Position numbers and translations under genes: made by a program. 64,000 nt of DNA from Pseudomonadota bacterium (lineage in GTDB: Bacteria; Bdellovibrionota_B; Oligoflexia; Silvanigrellales; Silvanigrellaceae): the NCBI GenBank assembly GCA_039799905.1, contig JBDLRP010000045.1, positions 1 through 64,000 on the forward strand, in the 5' to 3' direction. The notes under the pieces are model-generated. The model saw only the letters and a program-made list of their open reading frames with translations, did no database searches and was not told the origin of the DNA. Positions 45,732 through 54,279 of the stretch are shown here, one piece after another (the stretch's first letter is position 1; each line of letters opens with the position of its first letter).

Positions 45732-46598
45732 ATGGTTACGAAGAAGGGTGCGAAAAAGTCTGCTGCTAAGAAACCTGCTGCCAAGAAGGCTGCTCCTAAG
45801 AAAGCTGCCAAGAAGGCAGTTGCCAAGAAGAAGCCAGCTGCAAAGAAGAAGCCTGCCGCTAAGAAAACGGTAGCCAAGAAAACTGCAGTGAAGAAAACTG
45901 CAGCCAAGAAGACTGCCGCTAAGAAGGCAGCTCCGAAAAAGGCTGCAGCAAAGAAAACTGCGGTGAAGAAAACTGCAACCAAGAAGACTGCCGCTAAGAA
46001 GGCAGCTCCGAAGAAGGCTGCAGCAAAGAAGACTGTTCGCAAGGCTGGCGCTCGTCGCGCTAAGGCAGCTCCTGCTGCAACGCCTGCAGCGAGCGAAGGC
46101 GGAGAGCCTTCCGAGCCCGACGGCGAATCCGGTTTACTGTCCTCTCCCTATCCAGCACCAAGGATTTCGGGGCTGGTTGGAGGAGAGGAGTTCGATGCGG
46201 TCTCAGTCAGAAGCAAGTGGGTTGTTCTTTATTTCTATCCGAAAGACATGACTCCCGGTTGTACGATTGAGGCTCGCGACTTTCAGGCTCTCAAAGATGA
46301 CTTCAAGCGGCAGGACGCCGTTGTCATCGGAGTGAGCAAGGACTCCTGCCAGAGTCACGGCAAGTTTGCGCAAAAGGAAGGACTTTCCTTCATGCTTCTC
46401 TCTGACGAGAAGAGTGATTTGTGTGAGCGCTACGGTGTCTGGAAGCAAAAGAGCATGTACGGTAAGACGTTCATGGGAATTGAGCGCAGTACATTTCTCT
46501 TGAGTCCAGCGGGTCAAGTGGTTGCACACTGGCCCAAAGTCAAGGTCGACGGGCACGCTGCTGCAGTTCTTGCAGCACTCCGGAAACTCAATCAATAG
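45732..46598 (+). CDS. bcp: Histone-H1-like Lys/Ala repeat domain fused to BCP/PrxQ peroxiredoxin
   Basis: GGAGG RBS and ATG 45732; about 110 aa of KKxAx pentapeptides, an acidic linker, then VVLYFYPKDMTPGCTIEA..F, GVSKD..SH.KF, GIERSTF, KV.GHA. Confidence 0.88.
   Translation: MVTKKGAKKSAAKKPAAKKAAPKKAAKKAVAKKKPAAKKKPAAKKTVAKKTAVKKTAAKKTAAKKAAPKKAAAKKTAVKKTATKKTAAKKAAPKKAAAKKTVRKAGARRAKAAPAATPAASEGGEPSEPDGESGLLSSPYPAPRISGLVGGEEFDAVSVRSKWVVLYFYPKDMTPGCTIEARDFQALKDDFKRQDAVVIGVSKDSCQSHGKFAQKEGLSFMLLSDEKSDLCERYGVWKQKSMYGKTFMGIERSTFLLSPAGQVVAHWPKVKVDGHAAAVLAALRKLNQ
45876..46025 (+). repeat. Intragenic 75-bp tandem duplication (KKTAVKKTAxKKTAAKKAAPKKAAA x2)
   Basis: Near-identical units starting at 45876 and 45951. 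Confidence 0.85.
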
Positions 46599-46624
46599 AT
46601 GAGTGACCGTGCCTGATTGAACTT

Positions 46625-46663
46625 AAAACCCCGCGGAGACGGTCCGCGGGGTTTTTGTTTTTT
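46625..46663. terminator. Bidirectional Rho-independent terminator
   Basis: AAAACCCCGCGGA-GACGG-TCCGCGGGGTTTT(T) between convergent genes. Confidence 0.9.
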
Positions 46664-46731
46664 GCTGAAGACAGAGCGTTTTAGCGAGTGTCTGATTTCC
46701 CTTTTGAACACTTCCCGCGCGAACGATGGTT

Positions 46732-48645
46732 TCAATTGCAGCTTGCATTCCAGCGGCTGCTGAGGAGTGTTTCCATCGTCGCGCCGAGCCTGATGACCTT
46801 CAAGCCTGACTTGGACACACTCATCATTTCACCGTCAATTTTGAAGAATCTTTGCACGTTCATGAAGTTCGAGTCGTTGCGCCACATTCCCCAGCGATGG
46901 GATTGCTCACGGCAGCCGCTCGGCAAGAGGTCTGAGTGTGTCAGGAATTGTGGCTCAGAGAAGCCATCGTCCTGAATACGTGTGACAACAGCTCCTGTGA
47001 ATCCGACTGAGAGTCCAGTCTGCGGTGGAAATGAAACAGGAGTTTTCTGGCAACCGGTGTTTCCAGAGCCGCACTCACCGTAAAGCGAGATGGGAAACGC
47101 CACTACACCTTCGCTTTGATCGAGATAAAACGCACGATGGTCGGCAGTTGCTGCGGACGAAGAGCCGCTGCTTCCGAAAATTTTAACATCCTTGCGCGAC
47201 ATCTCGAGCGGGTTGGCTGTGTCGAACAAAGACAACTGCAGACCTTCGATGCGACCAAAGTCACCCTGTTCAACAGCGTCGAAGCCAAGTCCAACAAGCC
47301 GGTCGCTGCTTAGGGGATGCATATAGGTCGAAAAGCCGGGAATCTTGAGTTCGCCGATAATCTTTGGTTGCTGTGGTTGGCTAAAGTTAATTGCAAAGAG
47401 CGGATCGGTGTTTCTGAATGTAACGACATATGCAACGTCGCCGACAAAGCGAACCGATCGAATGTTTTCGTTGGGTGCGAATTCCGGTGTCGCTCCAGTG
47501 ATTGTGAGTCGTCCTTGTTGTTCACTAAGCACAGAGAAGTGATTTCTTGCCGAACCGTCCCGCAGGTTCCCACTCGAGGAAGCTGCTGCAAGTTCTCCTG
47601 AGGGAAGTTCTGCCAATGCCCAGACATCTTTGATCCTGCCTTTGACTTCTCCAACTGCCGACAAGGTCAAATCATCGGCATCCGCAAGAGAGACTTTGCG
47701 CAATAGTGTCTTTTCTTTTCCCCTGAAACTGTTCTCGAACAGATAGAGATTTTTATCTGTCATGTAGAGCTTGTTGTAGCCCATGAAGCCGAGGGTTGTG
47801 GACTTATGAATGTCGTCGACAGAAGTCATCTCGACTTTTGTGAACCAGTCGCTATACCCGCCATCGACGCTGGGGTACATGGTTTTGCACGAGAGCTGCG
47901 AAAGGTCCAACACAGAGCGGCCGCTCATGCTTTGTGTGTTTTGTTGGTAGGGGATGGCTTCAGCTGAAACCATGACAATCCGGTTCTTAAGGACACGCAA
48001 CTCGTACGGTTGGTTTTTCAATGTCTTTTGCTGTCTCAAGGATGGCAGGGCTTGGTTTTGCAGTTCGAAGATGCTGAGTTGCTCTTGCCACAAGGCAATC
48101 AGCCTGTTCCCGGAAAGAAGCAGTGATGCGTTTTTGCTCGACTGTTGAATCGGCTTGTCGTTCAGATGAATCGTACCGATATGCTTTTTGCTTTTACGGT
48201 CGATGACGTTGATTTTATCGCCGTCGCTGACAAAGATTTGCCCCGCCGAAATTTTTACAAAGTCGCCTTCGTCAACACCTTCATGCCGGACGTTGGTCAG
48301 AACATCCGCCCCACTTCCGCTATTTTTCGCACTCTCTGGGGTACCGGCGGCACCGTCGCTCGTGGGCATTGCTCTTGGATGAAAGCGATCATTGTGGGAG
48401 GCCCATTTGAGGTGGGCTTCATTGATACATTGATTATATGAAACTGAGAGCTGTTGGGTGTTTTCGATCGCTTGGCATGAGTCGAATGGAAGGCCGGGTG
48501 AGCTCGTCCTTGAGGCGCTGAATTGTTGCTCACAATGCTCCAGAGCCTCGGAAAGTTCGCTTTGTCTGTCATTTGCCTTCCTGCCACATGCCCCGAGCGC
48601 GGGTGTCAGCAACAGAACCAGAGTTGTCATTTGATAGAGTTTCAC
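46732..48645 (-). CDS. Beta-propeller domain lipoprotein (Beta_propel / secreted-protein family)
   Basis: GAGGAGG RBS, GTG start, lipobox LGAC; TNV...GVDEGDFVK, ENIRSVRF.GD.AYVVTFR.TDPLF, GELKIPGFS.YMHP. Confidence 0.88.
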   Translation of the reverse strand: MKLYQMTTLVLLLTPALGACGRKANDRQSELSEALEHCEQQFSASRTSSPGLPFDSCQAIENTQQLSVSYNQCINEAHLKWASHNDRFHPRAMPTSDGAAGTPESAKNSGSGADVLTNVRHEGVDEGDFVKISAGQIFVSDGDKINVIDRKSKKHIGTIHLNDKPIQQSSKNASLLLSGNRLIALWQEQLSIFELQNQALPSLRQQKTLKNQPYELRVLKNRIVMVSAEAIPYQQNTQSMSGRSVLDLSQLSCKTMYPSVDGGYSDWFTKVEMTSVDDIHKSTTLGFMGYNKLYMTDKNLYLFENSFRGKEKTLLRKVSLADADDLTLSAVGEVKGRIKDVWALAELPSGELAAASSSGNLRDGSARNHFSVLSEQQGRLTITGATPEFAPNENIRSVRFVGDVAYVVTFRNTDPLFAINFSQPQQPKIIGELKIPGFSTYMHPLSSDRLVGLGFDAVEQGDFGRIEGLQLSLFDTANPLEMSRKDVKIFGSSGSSSAATADHRAFYLDQSEGVVAFPISLYGECGSGNTGCQKTPVSFPPQTGLSVGFTGAVVTRIQDDGFSEPQFLTHSDLLPSGCREQSHRWGMWRNDSNFMNVQRFFKIDGEMMSVSKSGLKVIRLGATMETLLSSRWNASCN

Positions 48646-48682
48646 GGCACCTCCTCATTGAATCATTCAATCGATGTCTAAT

Positions 48683-48709
48683 GAATCGGCGTTTTTTATA
48701 TTTTCTTTA
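48683..48709 (-). promoter_or_regulatory. sigma28 (FliA)-type promoter
   Basis: Minus strand TAAA-N15-GCCGATTC, ending 38 nt upstream of the beta-propeller start. Confidence 0.7.
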
Positions 48710-48780
48710 GTTTTTTATATTAATTATTTCAGATAGTTGAAAAAATACTTCGGTAGACTCAATCTGTATATTTGTATACG

Positions 48781-48823
48781 AAAAACCCGCCGCACTGAAA
48801 GCCTCAGTTATTGCGGCGGGTTC
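48781..48823 (-). terminator. Rho-independent terminator after sdhB
   Basis: Minus strand AACCCGCCGCA...CTGA/TCAG...TGCGGCGGGTT followed by a T run. Confidence 0.8.
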
Positions 48824-48844
48824 AAATCGGAACGATGAATTTAA

Positions 48845-49642
48845 TCAGTCTTCGCTGACTTGTTCGCGCACGCGGCCAAACAGCATCGCTTTGCCGTACT
48901 CACGGTTCATGCGAGCGATATTTTCAACCTTGATTTCCTTCGGACAAGCTGCGGCGCATGAACCCATGTTGGTGCAGCTGCCAAAGTCTTCCTCGTCCAT
49001 CTGCCAGACCATCCGCGACACACGCCGCTCACGTTCAGCCTGACCTTGTGGCAGCAGGGCCAACTGCGAAACCTTGGCCGAGACAAACAACATGGCAGAG
49101 CCATTGCGGCAGGCTGCCACACACGCGCCACATTGAATGCAGGCTGCTGCATCCATGGCAAGGTCAGCAATCTGCTTGGAGATTGGAATCGCATTGCCGT
49201 CGGGTGCGTTGCCTGTGCTGACGGTCACATATCCACCGGCCGCCTGAATGCGATCGAGAGCGGTTCTATTTGTGACCAAATCTTTTACAATCGGGAACGC
49301 TTTGGCGCGGAAGGGTTCAACGACAATGGTGTCGCCGTCGCTGAAGCTGCGCATGTGCAGTTGGCAGGTTGTTGTGCCGGTCTGCGGACCATGGGGTTCG
49401 CCGTCGATGACCATCGCACAAGAACCGCAGATTCCCTCGCGGCAATCGTGCGCAAAAGCAACCGGCTCTTCGCCCTTCTTTACAAGCTGTTCATTGAGAA
49501 CGTCAAACATTTCCAAAAACGACATATCCGGACTGACTGTGTCGAGCGAATAATCAACCAGCTGTCCTTCTGCGTTCTGATTTTTCTGCCGCCATACCTT
49601 CAGATTGATGCGCATGGTGCGTGCGTTGTTGTTTCCAGCCAT
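48845..49642 (-). CDS. sdhB: Succinate dehydrogenase/fumarate reductase Fe-S subunit
   Basis: [48 protein letters not shown] before ATG 49642. Confidence 0.96.
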   Translation of the reverse strand: MAGNNNARTMRINLKVWRQKNQNAEGQLVDYSLDTVSPDMSFLEMFDVLNEQLVKKGEEPVAFAHDCREGICGSCAMVIDGEPHGPQTGTTTCQLHMRSFSDGDTIVVEPFRAKAFPIVKDLVTNRTALDRIQAAGGYVTVSTGNAPDGNAIPISKQIADLAMDAAACIQCGACVAACRNGSAMLFVSAKVSQLALLPQGQAERERRVSRMVWQMDEEDFGSCTNMGSCAAACPKEIKVENIARMNREYGKAMLFGRVREQVSED

Positions 49643-49658
49643 GAGATCTCTCCTTGGT

Positions 49659-51572
49659 TTATTTGTAGCTGCGTGTTGCAAGCTTCACATATTCAAAATT
49701 GAGCGCCTCTGTGTGCCGCTTGGCGGGTTTGCCCTGACCTTGGTATTCCCAGGCAGCCACATGACAGAATTTTTCGTCGTCGCGCTGAGCTTCGTTGTCG
49801 GGTGTTTGGAATTCGGTGCGGAAATGTCCGCCGCACGATTCGCGCCGCTCCAAGGCATCGCGCGCCATCAGTTCACCCAGCTCAATGAAATCCGCCACAC
49901 GTCCTGCCCGCTCGAGTTCCTGATTCAGCGAGGCGGCATCGCCCGGAATTCGCAGGTCACTCCAAAACTCATCACGCAGTTTGGGAATTTCTTCGAGCAG
50001 CTTTTTCAGTGATTCCTCGCTGCGTGCCATGCCGCAATTATCCCACATCAGTTTGCCCAGCTTGCGATGCAGTTCGTCTGCGGTCTTCGTGCCCTTGATG
50101 CCCATCAGACGTGTGATGTCGCCTTCGACTTCCGCCCGTGCGTCTTTGAATGCCGGATGATTGGTGTCAACTTTGTCAAGCTTGGTCGAGCCCAGATAGT
50201 TTGCGAGTGTCGTCGGAATCACAAAATAGCCGTCCGACAATCCTTGCATCAATGCAGATGCACCGAGCCTGTTGGCGCCGTGGTCTGAGAAGTTTGCTTC
50301 ACCCAGCACGTGCAAGCCAGGGATTGTCGACTGCAGGTTGTAGTCGACCCAGAGTCCTCCCATCGTGTAGTGGACTGCCGGATAGATGCGCATCGGCACT
50401 TTGTAGGGATTTTCTCCGGTGATCTTTTCGTACATCTGGAAGAGGTTTCCGTATCTGCCTTCAATCACGGACCGGCCATCACGTTTGATGGCTGCGCCGA
50501 AGTCCAGATACACCGCGAGTTTGGTATTTCCGACACCGCGTCCTTCGTCGCAGACGAACTTTGCCGCACGTGAGGCAATGTCGCGTGGAGCAAGGTTGCC
50601 GAAACTCGGGTAAATGCGCTCAAGGTAATAATCGCGCTCGCTTTCAGGAATTTGGTCGGGTGAGCGTTTGTCATCTGCATTCTTGGGAACCCAGACGCGA
50701 CCGTCGTTGCGCAGTGATTCGGACATCAGTGTCAGCTTGCTTTGATAATCACCGGACATCGGGATGCAGGTCGGGTGAATTTGCGTAAAGCATGGGTTTC
50801 CGAAGGCGGCCCCACGTTTGTGCGCGCGCCAGATGGCAGTCGCATTCGACCACTTGGCGTTCGTAGAGAGATAAAACACGTTGCCGTATCCGCCGGTCGC
50901 GAGAATGACCGCATCGGCTGCGTGCGATTCGATTTCGCCGGTCAGAACGTTGCGGCAAATGACCCCGCGTGCCTTGCCGTCTATCAACACCAGGTCGAGC
51001 ATTTCGCGGAAGGTCAGCAGCTCGACCTTCTTGGCGTCGACCTGACGCATCATCGCTGAATATGCGCCGAGCAAAAGTTGCTGGCCTGTCTGGCCGCGCG
51101 CATAGAATGTGCGCGAAACCTGCGCGCCGCCAAAGCTGCGGTTGGCAAGAAGTCCACCGTATTCACGTGCGAACGGCACACCCAGAGCGACACAGTGGTC
51201 GATGATCTTGACGGAGTTTTCCGCCAGACGATGAACGTTGGCCTCGCGCGCGCGGAAATCGCCGCCCTTGATGGTGTCGTAAAACAAGCGGTACACCGAG
51301 TCGCCGTCGTTTTGATAGTTCTTTGCAGCGTTGATTCCGCCCTGCGCTGCAATCGAATGTGCACGGCGAGGCGAATCATGAATGCAGAGGGTTTTGACGT
51401 TGTAACCGAGTTCTGCCAGCGAGGCAGATGCCGAAGCGCCGGCAAGTCCCGTGCCGACCACGATGACATTGTACTTGCGGCGGTTGGCCGGATTCACCAG
51501 CTTCGATTCAAACTGGTGGTTGGTCCACTTTTCCGAAATCGGTCCGTTCGGGATTTTTGAGTCGAGATTCAT
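49659..51572 (-). CDS. sdhA: Succinate dehydrogenase/fumarate reductase flavoprotein subunit
   Basis: [50 protein letters not shown]. Confidence 0.97.
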   Translation of the reverse strand: MNLDSKIPNGPISEKWTNHQFESKLVNPANRRKYNVIVVGTGLAGASASASLAELGYNVKTLCIHDSPRRAHSIAAQGGINAAKNYQNDGDSVYRLFYDTIKGGDFRAREANVHRLAENSVKIIDHCVALGVPFAREYGGLLANRSFGGAQVSRTFYARGQTGQQLLLGAYSAMMRQVDAKKVELLTFREMLDLVLIDGKARGVICRNVLTGEIESHAADAVILATGGYGNVFYLSTNAKWSNATAIWRAHKRGAAFGNPCFTQIHPTCIPMSGDYQSKLTLMSESLRNDGRVWVPKNADDKRSPDQIPESERDYYLERIYPSFGNLAPRDIASRAAKFVCDEGRGVGNTKLAVYLDFGAAIKRDGRSVIEGRYGNLFQMYEKITGENPYKVPMRIYPAVHYTMGGLWVDYNLQSTIPGLHVLGEANFSDHGANRLGASALMQGLSDGYFVIPTTLANYLGSTKLDKVDTNHPAFKDARAEVEGDITRLMGIKGTKTADELHRKLGKLMWDNCGMARSEESLKKLLEEIPKLRDEFWSDLRIPGDAASLNQELERAGRVADFIELGELMARDALERRESCGGHFRTEFQTPDNEAQRDDEKFCHVAAWEYQGQGKPAKRHTEALNFEYVKLATRSYK

Positions 51573-51583
51573 TCTTCACCCCT

Positions 51584-52279
51584 TCAGAAAATAAAAACGT
51601 AAAGTGGGACAGCAAGGAAACCAAGGGCGACAACAATCGCGTAGATCCAGCCAAAGGCCTTCACTGCGTTGTTGAATTTGGGATGGTTCAGTCCCAGAGT
51701 TTGAAAGCTGGAGGCGACGCCGTGATAAAGATGGAGACCCACCAGCACAAGACAGAATGAGTACCAGATGACGTATCCAGGTTTTTCAAAACTTTCGACG
51801 ACCAGCTGGTGAATGTCGCGCACCTTGATTCCGTCGACGAAAACCTCCACTCCGTCTTTCATGTAGGTGTAGTTGGCGCCATATTTGAATGAAATGAGAT
51901 GGAGTATCAGAAAGACCAAAGTGATGCTGCCGGACCAAATCATCGTTTTGGAAGCCAGCGACGCTCCCTTGGCGCTCGTCGGCGTAACGGCATACAGCGT
52001 GGGCTTGGCTCGGTTGTTGCGCAGGCGCAGGCTTATTCCTGTGTACGCGTGTGCGCCGATGAAGATCACCAGCGCTGCTTCGGCAAGATAAATCAGCGGA
52101 TTGTTGATGAGCTTGTGACTGTAAACGTTGTAGGCTTCCTTGCCGGCGAAAATAAGCAGGTTGCCTATCATGTGGGCCAAAACAAAACCCACCCAGACCA
52201 GTCCGCTCAGTGCCATCACATATTTCCGGCCTATCGAGCTGTTCAGGTATTTCAGAATCCCGTGACTCATGTGGGACAT
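51584..52279 (-). CDS. sdhC: Succinate dehydrogenase cytochrome b subunit (single five-TM type)
   Basis: SSIGRK..MALSG...F...HM.GN, heme-ligand His residues, HLYHG..S.FQTLG; AAGGAG RBS. Confidence 0.93.
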   Translation of the reverse strand: MSHMSHGILKYLNSSIGRKYVMALSGLVWVGFVLAHMIGNLLIFAGKEAYNVYSHKLINNPLIYLAEAALVIFIGAHAYTGISLRLRNNRAKPTLYAVTPTSAKGASLASKTMIWSGSITLVFLILHLISFKYGANYTYMKDGVEVFVDGIKVRDIHQLVVESFEKPGYVIWYSFCLVLVGLHLYHGVASSFQTLGLNHPKFNNAVKAFGWIYAIVVALGFLAVPLYVFIF

Positions 52280-52431
52280 CTCCTTGTCGAGCAATCAAAA
52301 GCAATAGTTGGGATGAACCGATAGTGTACGCTGAAACGCGCTTGTGCAAACCATCCCCATGAACTTTCACGGATTTGTCTTAGTTCGCCTGCATCAAACG
52401 GCATCCGTATCGAGCGTGAACAAATTTGTGT

Positions 52432-52445
52432 TTGATGAAAATCAA
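52432..52445. promoter_or_regulatory. FNR-type binding site
   Basis: Perfect TTGAT-GAAA-ATCAA in the divergent sdhC intergenic region. Confidence 0.6.
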
Positions 52446-52546
52446 CCAATATGGTTCTTTTGGTCAATATATTCGTGTTTGGCTGGTTTTGCCGTCGAAA
52501 AAGTACAAGCCAGCCGCGCACTCCGACTGGAAGGGTCAAATTTTCC

Positions 52547-52573
52547 TAAACGTGGCCCAAGAAATGACGATCC
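52547..52573 (+). promoter_or_regulatory. Candidate sigma28-type promoter
   Basis: TAAA-N15-GACGATCC, about 30 nt upstream of the TTG 52605 start. Confidence 0.45.
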
Positions 52574-52604
52574 ATCCACAGGTTGTTGCCGCGGGGAGAA
52601 TCGG

Positions 52605-53924
52605 TTGAATTCGCAGTTTTTCGATATGCTCTTGACCCACATGGGCGGACTTTTGGTCGTGGTGATGCATTTTGCGATTCTCCGCGGTCTCTTGGGGCGC
52701 AAGGTCAAACAGGTATCTGCGACACTCTTGAACATGTCGCAGCTCGATCCGTCGTGGCGGCAGGAGTCTCTTGAGTTTGGCATCCGCGACGCAGCGCTGC
52801 GCATCCTCAGGGGCTTTTGGAGCGGTGACCTTGCGCAGATCCATCATTTTCTCCACCCCGAACTCGCATCCCAATGGCAAATCGACGTGGATGAAAGGAC
52901 CTCACGGCAGGCGCTGATGAGTTCTGTTGAGATCAAGTTCAACGATCTCCGGATTGTGGACGTCTATAAGTCAGCCGCTACTGATGGAGATCATTTGACC
53001 GTTTGTCTTTCCGCCGTTTGTCGCGGAATCGACAGCTCAGGTGTGTCTGTGGGTGCATATAGAGAGCGTTTTTGGACATTCCGAAGAATTCAAGGTCGCT
53101 GGTTGCTCTGGCGCGAGAGTGAATATTCCCCTTGGCAGCGTTTTATCAATGCTTCTGTCGTCAATGCTGTCTCGCCAAACACGGCCGGCAATCCGCAGCA
53201 CGCAGGGACGCATGAGGCCTCTTCCGTGAAAAGAGGAAGCAAGCTTTTTCTCTTTTTTGCCGCGCTGATACTTGCCATTTCTATTTCATCATCCGTATCG
53301 GCGTTTATGAGTGGGTTTGTGCGGCACGAGCGAACCCTTGATACAGCAGGACTTGTTTTGCCGCTGGGACTATTTTTTTATCTGCTTGTGAGGCGTTCCG
53401 TTTTGCGGATTCTTGAGCAGAATGATGCCCAGAAACCCCTTTATATGCTGAGTGTGTATCTCGTCGGTATATTGTGTTTTCAGATCGCCTTGACGTCGGT
53501 GTCCTACTTGAGCCTGAAGGATGAAATCTCTGCGAAGATTGCAATGCATGCGAGAGTTGTTGACAAGGATACCCAAGGCGCAGCCGTCGCATGGAACCCG
53601 CCACCCCCTCAACGAATCGGAAATGAACGTAAAATCACAAAGTGGCCCGACGGCTCGATAAAATCAGTCGAGCCTGTACACAGCGGAAAAGTTCATGGAG
53701 TTGCGGTGCTGACGTTTCCGAGCGGGCAGCTTTACGGAAAAATTCCTTTCATAAACGGCAAAAAACACGGTCGGTTTGAGTTGTTCAGAGAGGACGGCAG
53801 CCGCGATCAAATTTTGTCTTACAAAGACGGCAGGCTACATGGCATGTGCGAATGGTTTAACGCCGATGGAAGCCTGAAGACGAAAGCGCTGTATGTTGAA
53901 GGTGAGCTTGTCGAATCGAAATAA
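52605..53924 (+). CDS. Tim44-like domain + TM helices + MORN-variant repeat membrane protein
   Basis: GGGGAG RBS and TTG; W.GDL......HPEL...., FWTFRR..GRWLL (Tim44-like); three TMs; C-terminal ..G.KHG....F..DG repeats. Confidence 0.65.
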   Translation: MNSQFFDMLLTHMGGLLVVVMHFAILRGLLGRKVKQVSATLLNMSQLDPSWRQESLEFGIRDAALRILRGFWSGDLAQIHHFLHPELASQWQIDVDERTSRQALMSSVEIKFNDLRIVDVYKSAATDGDHLTVCLSAVCRGIDSSGVSVGAYRERFWTFRRIQGRWLLWRESEYSPWQRFINASVVNAVSPNTAGNPQHAGTHEASSVKRGSKLFLFFAALILAISISSSVSAFMSGFVRHERTLDTAGLVLPLGLFFYLLVRRSVLRILEQNDAQKPLYMLSVYLVGILCFQIALTSVSYLSLKDEISAKIAMHARVVDKDTQGAAVAWNPPPPQRIGNERKITKWPDGSIKSVEPVHSGKVHGVAVLTFPSGQLYGKIPFINGKKHGRFELFREDGSRDQILSYKDGRLHGMCEWFNADGSLKTKALYVEGELVESK

Positions 53925-53976
53925 ACCGATTGAACACTTCAGACCGAGCAGATGAGACCCGCCGAGCCAAGGGCAA

Positions 53977-54279
53977 TCACAGTGTGCACTTGGCACCTTC
54001 ACGTTCCATCACGCGGGCCAATCGTGCGGTAATGTCAGCTTTGAGGGGGCGGTGAGTCAGAGCGACTTTCTCGCTCACAAGCTCAGCGCGGAAGCCCTCG
54101 CTGCGATTTTCAATTTTGTATTTGAGCTCTGTGGTTCCCAACTTGGAAAAGATTACCTTCAGTTCCAAACCGCTGAGAGAGAACTTGGTAATTTCGCCAA
54201 GGTCTCGTCCTTGCAGTGAGGTCTCAACGCGTTTCACAAATTCTGCAACAGTGCCCGTGGAGCTTTCAAACGCCTTCAC
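53977..54279 (-). CDS. Hypothetical protein
   Basis: GGAGGA RBS; GTG start overlaps the upstream TGA stop; 100 aa. Confidence 0.7.
   Translation of the reverse strand: MKAFESSTGTVAEFVKRVETSLQGRDLGEITKFSLSGLELKVIFSKLGTTELKYKIENRSEGFRAELVSEKVALTHRPLKADITARLARVMEREGAKCTL

Noticed and set aside
45710..46042. Antisense hydrophobic FLAA-repeat ORF (also 42683-42973)
   Set aside because: It mirrors the Lys/Ala codons on the sense strand and is not evidence of a membrane protein.
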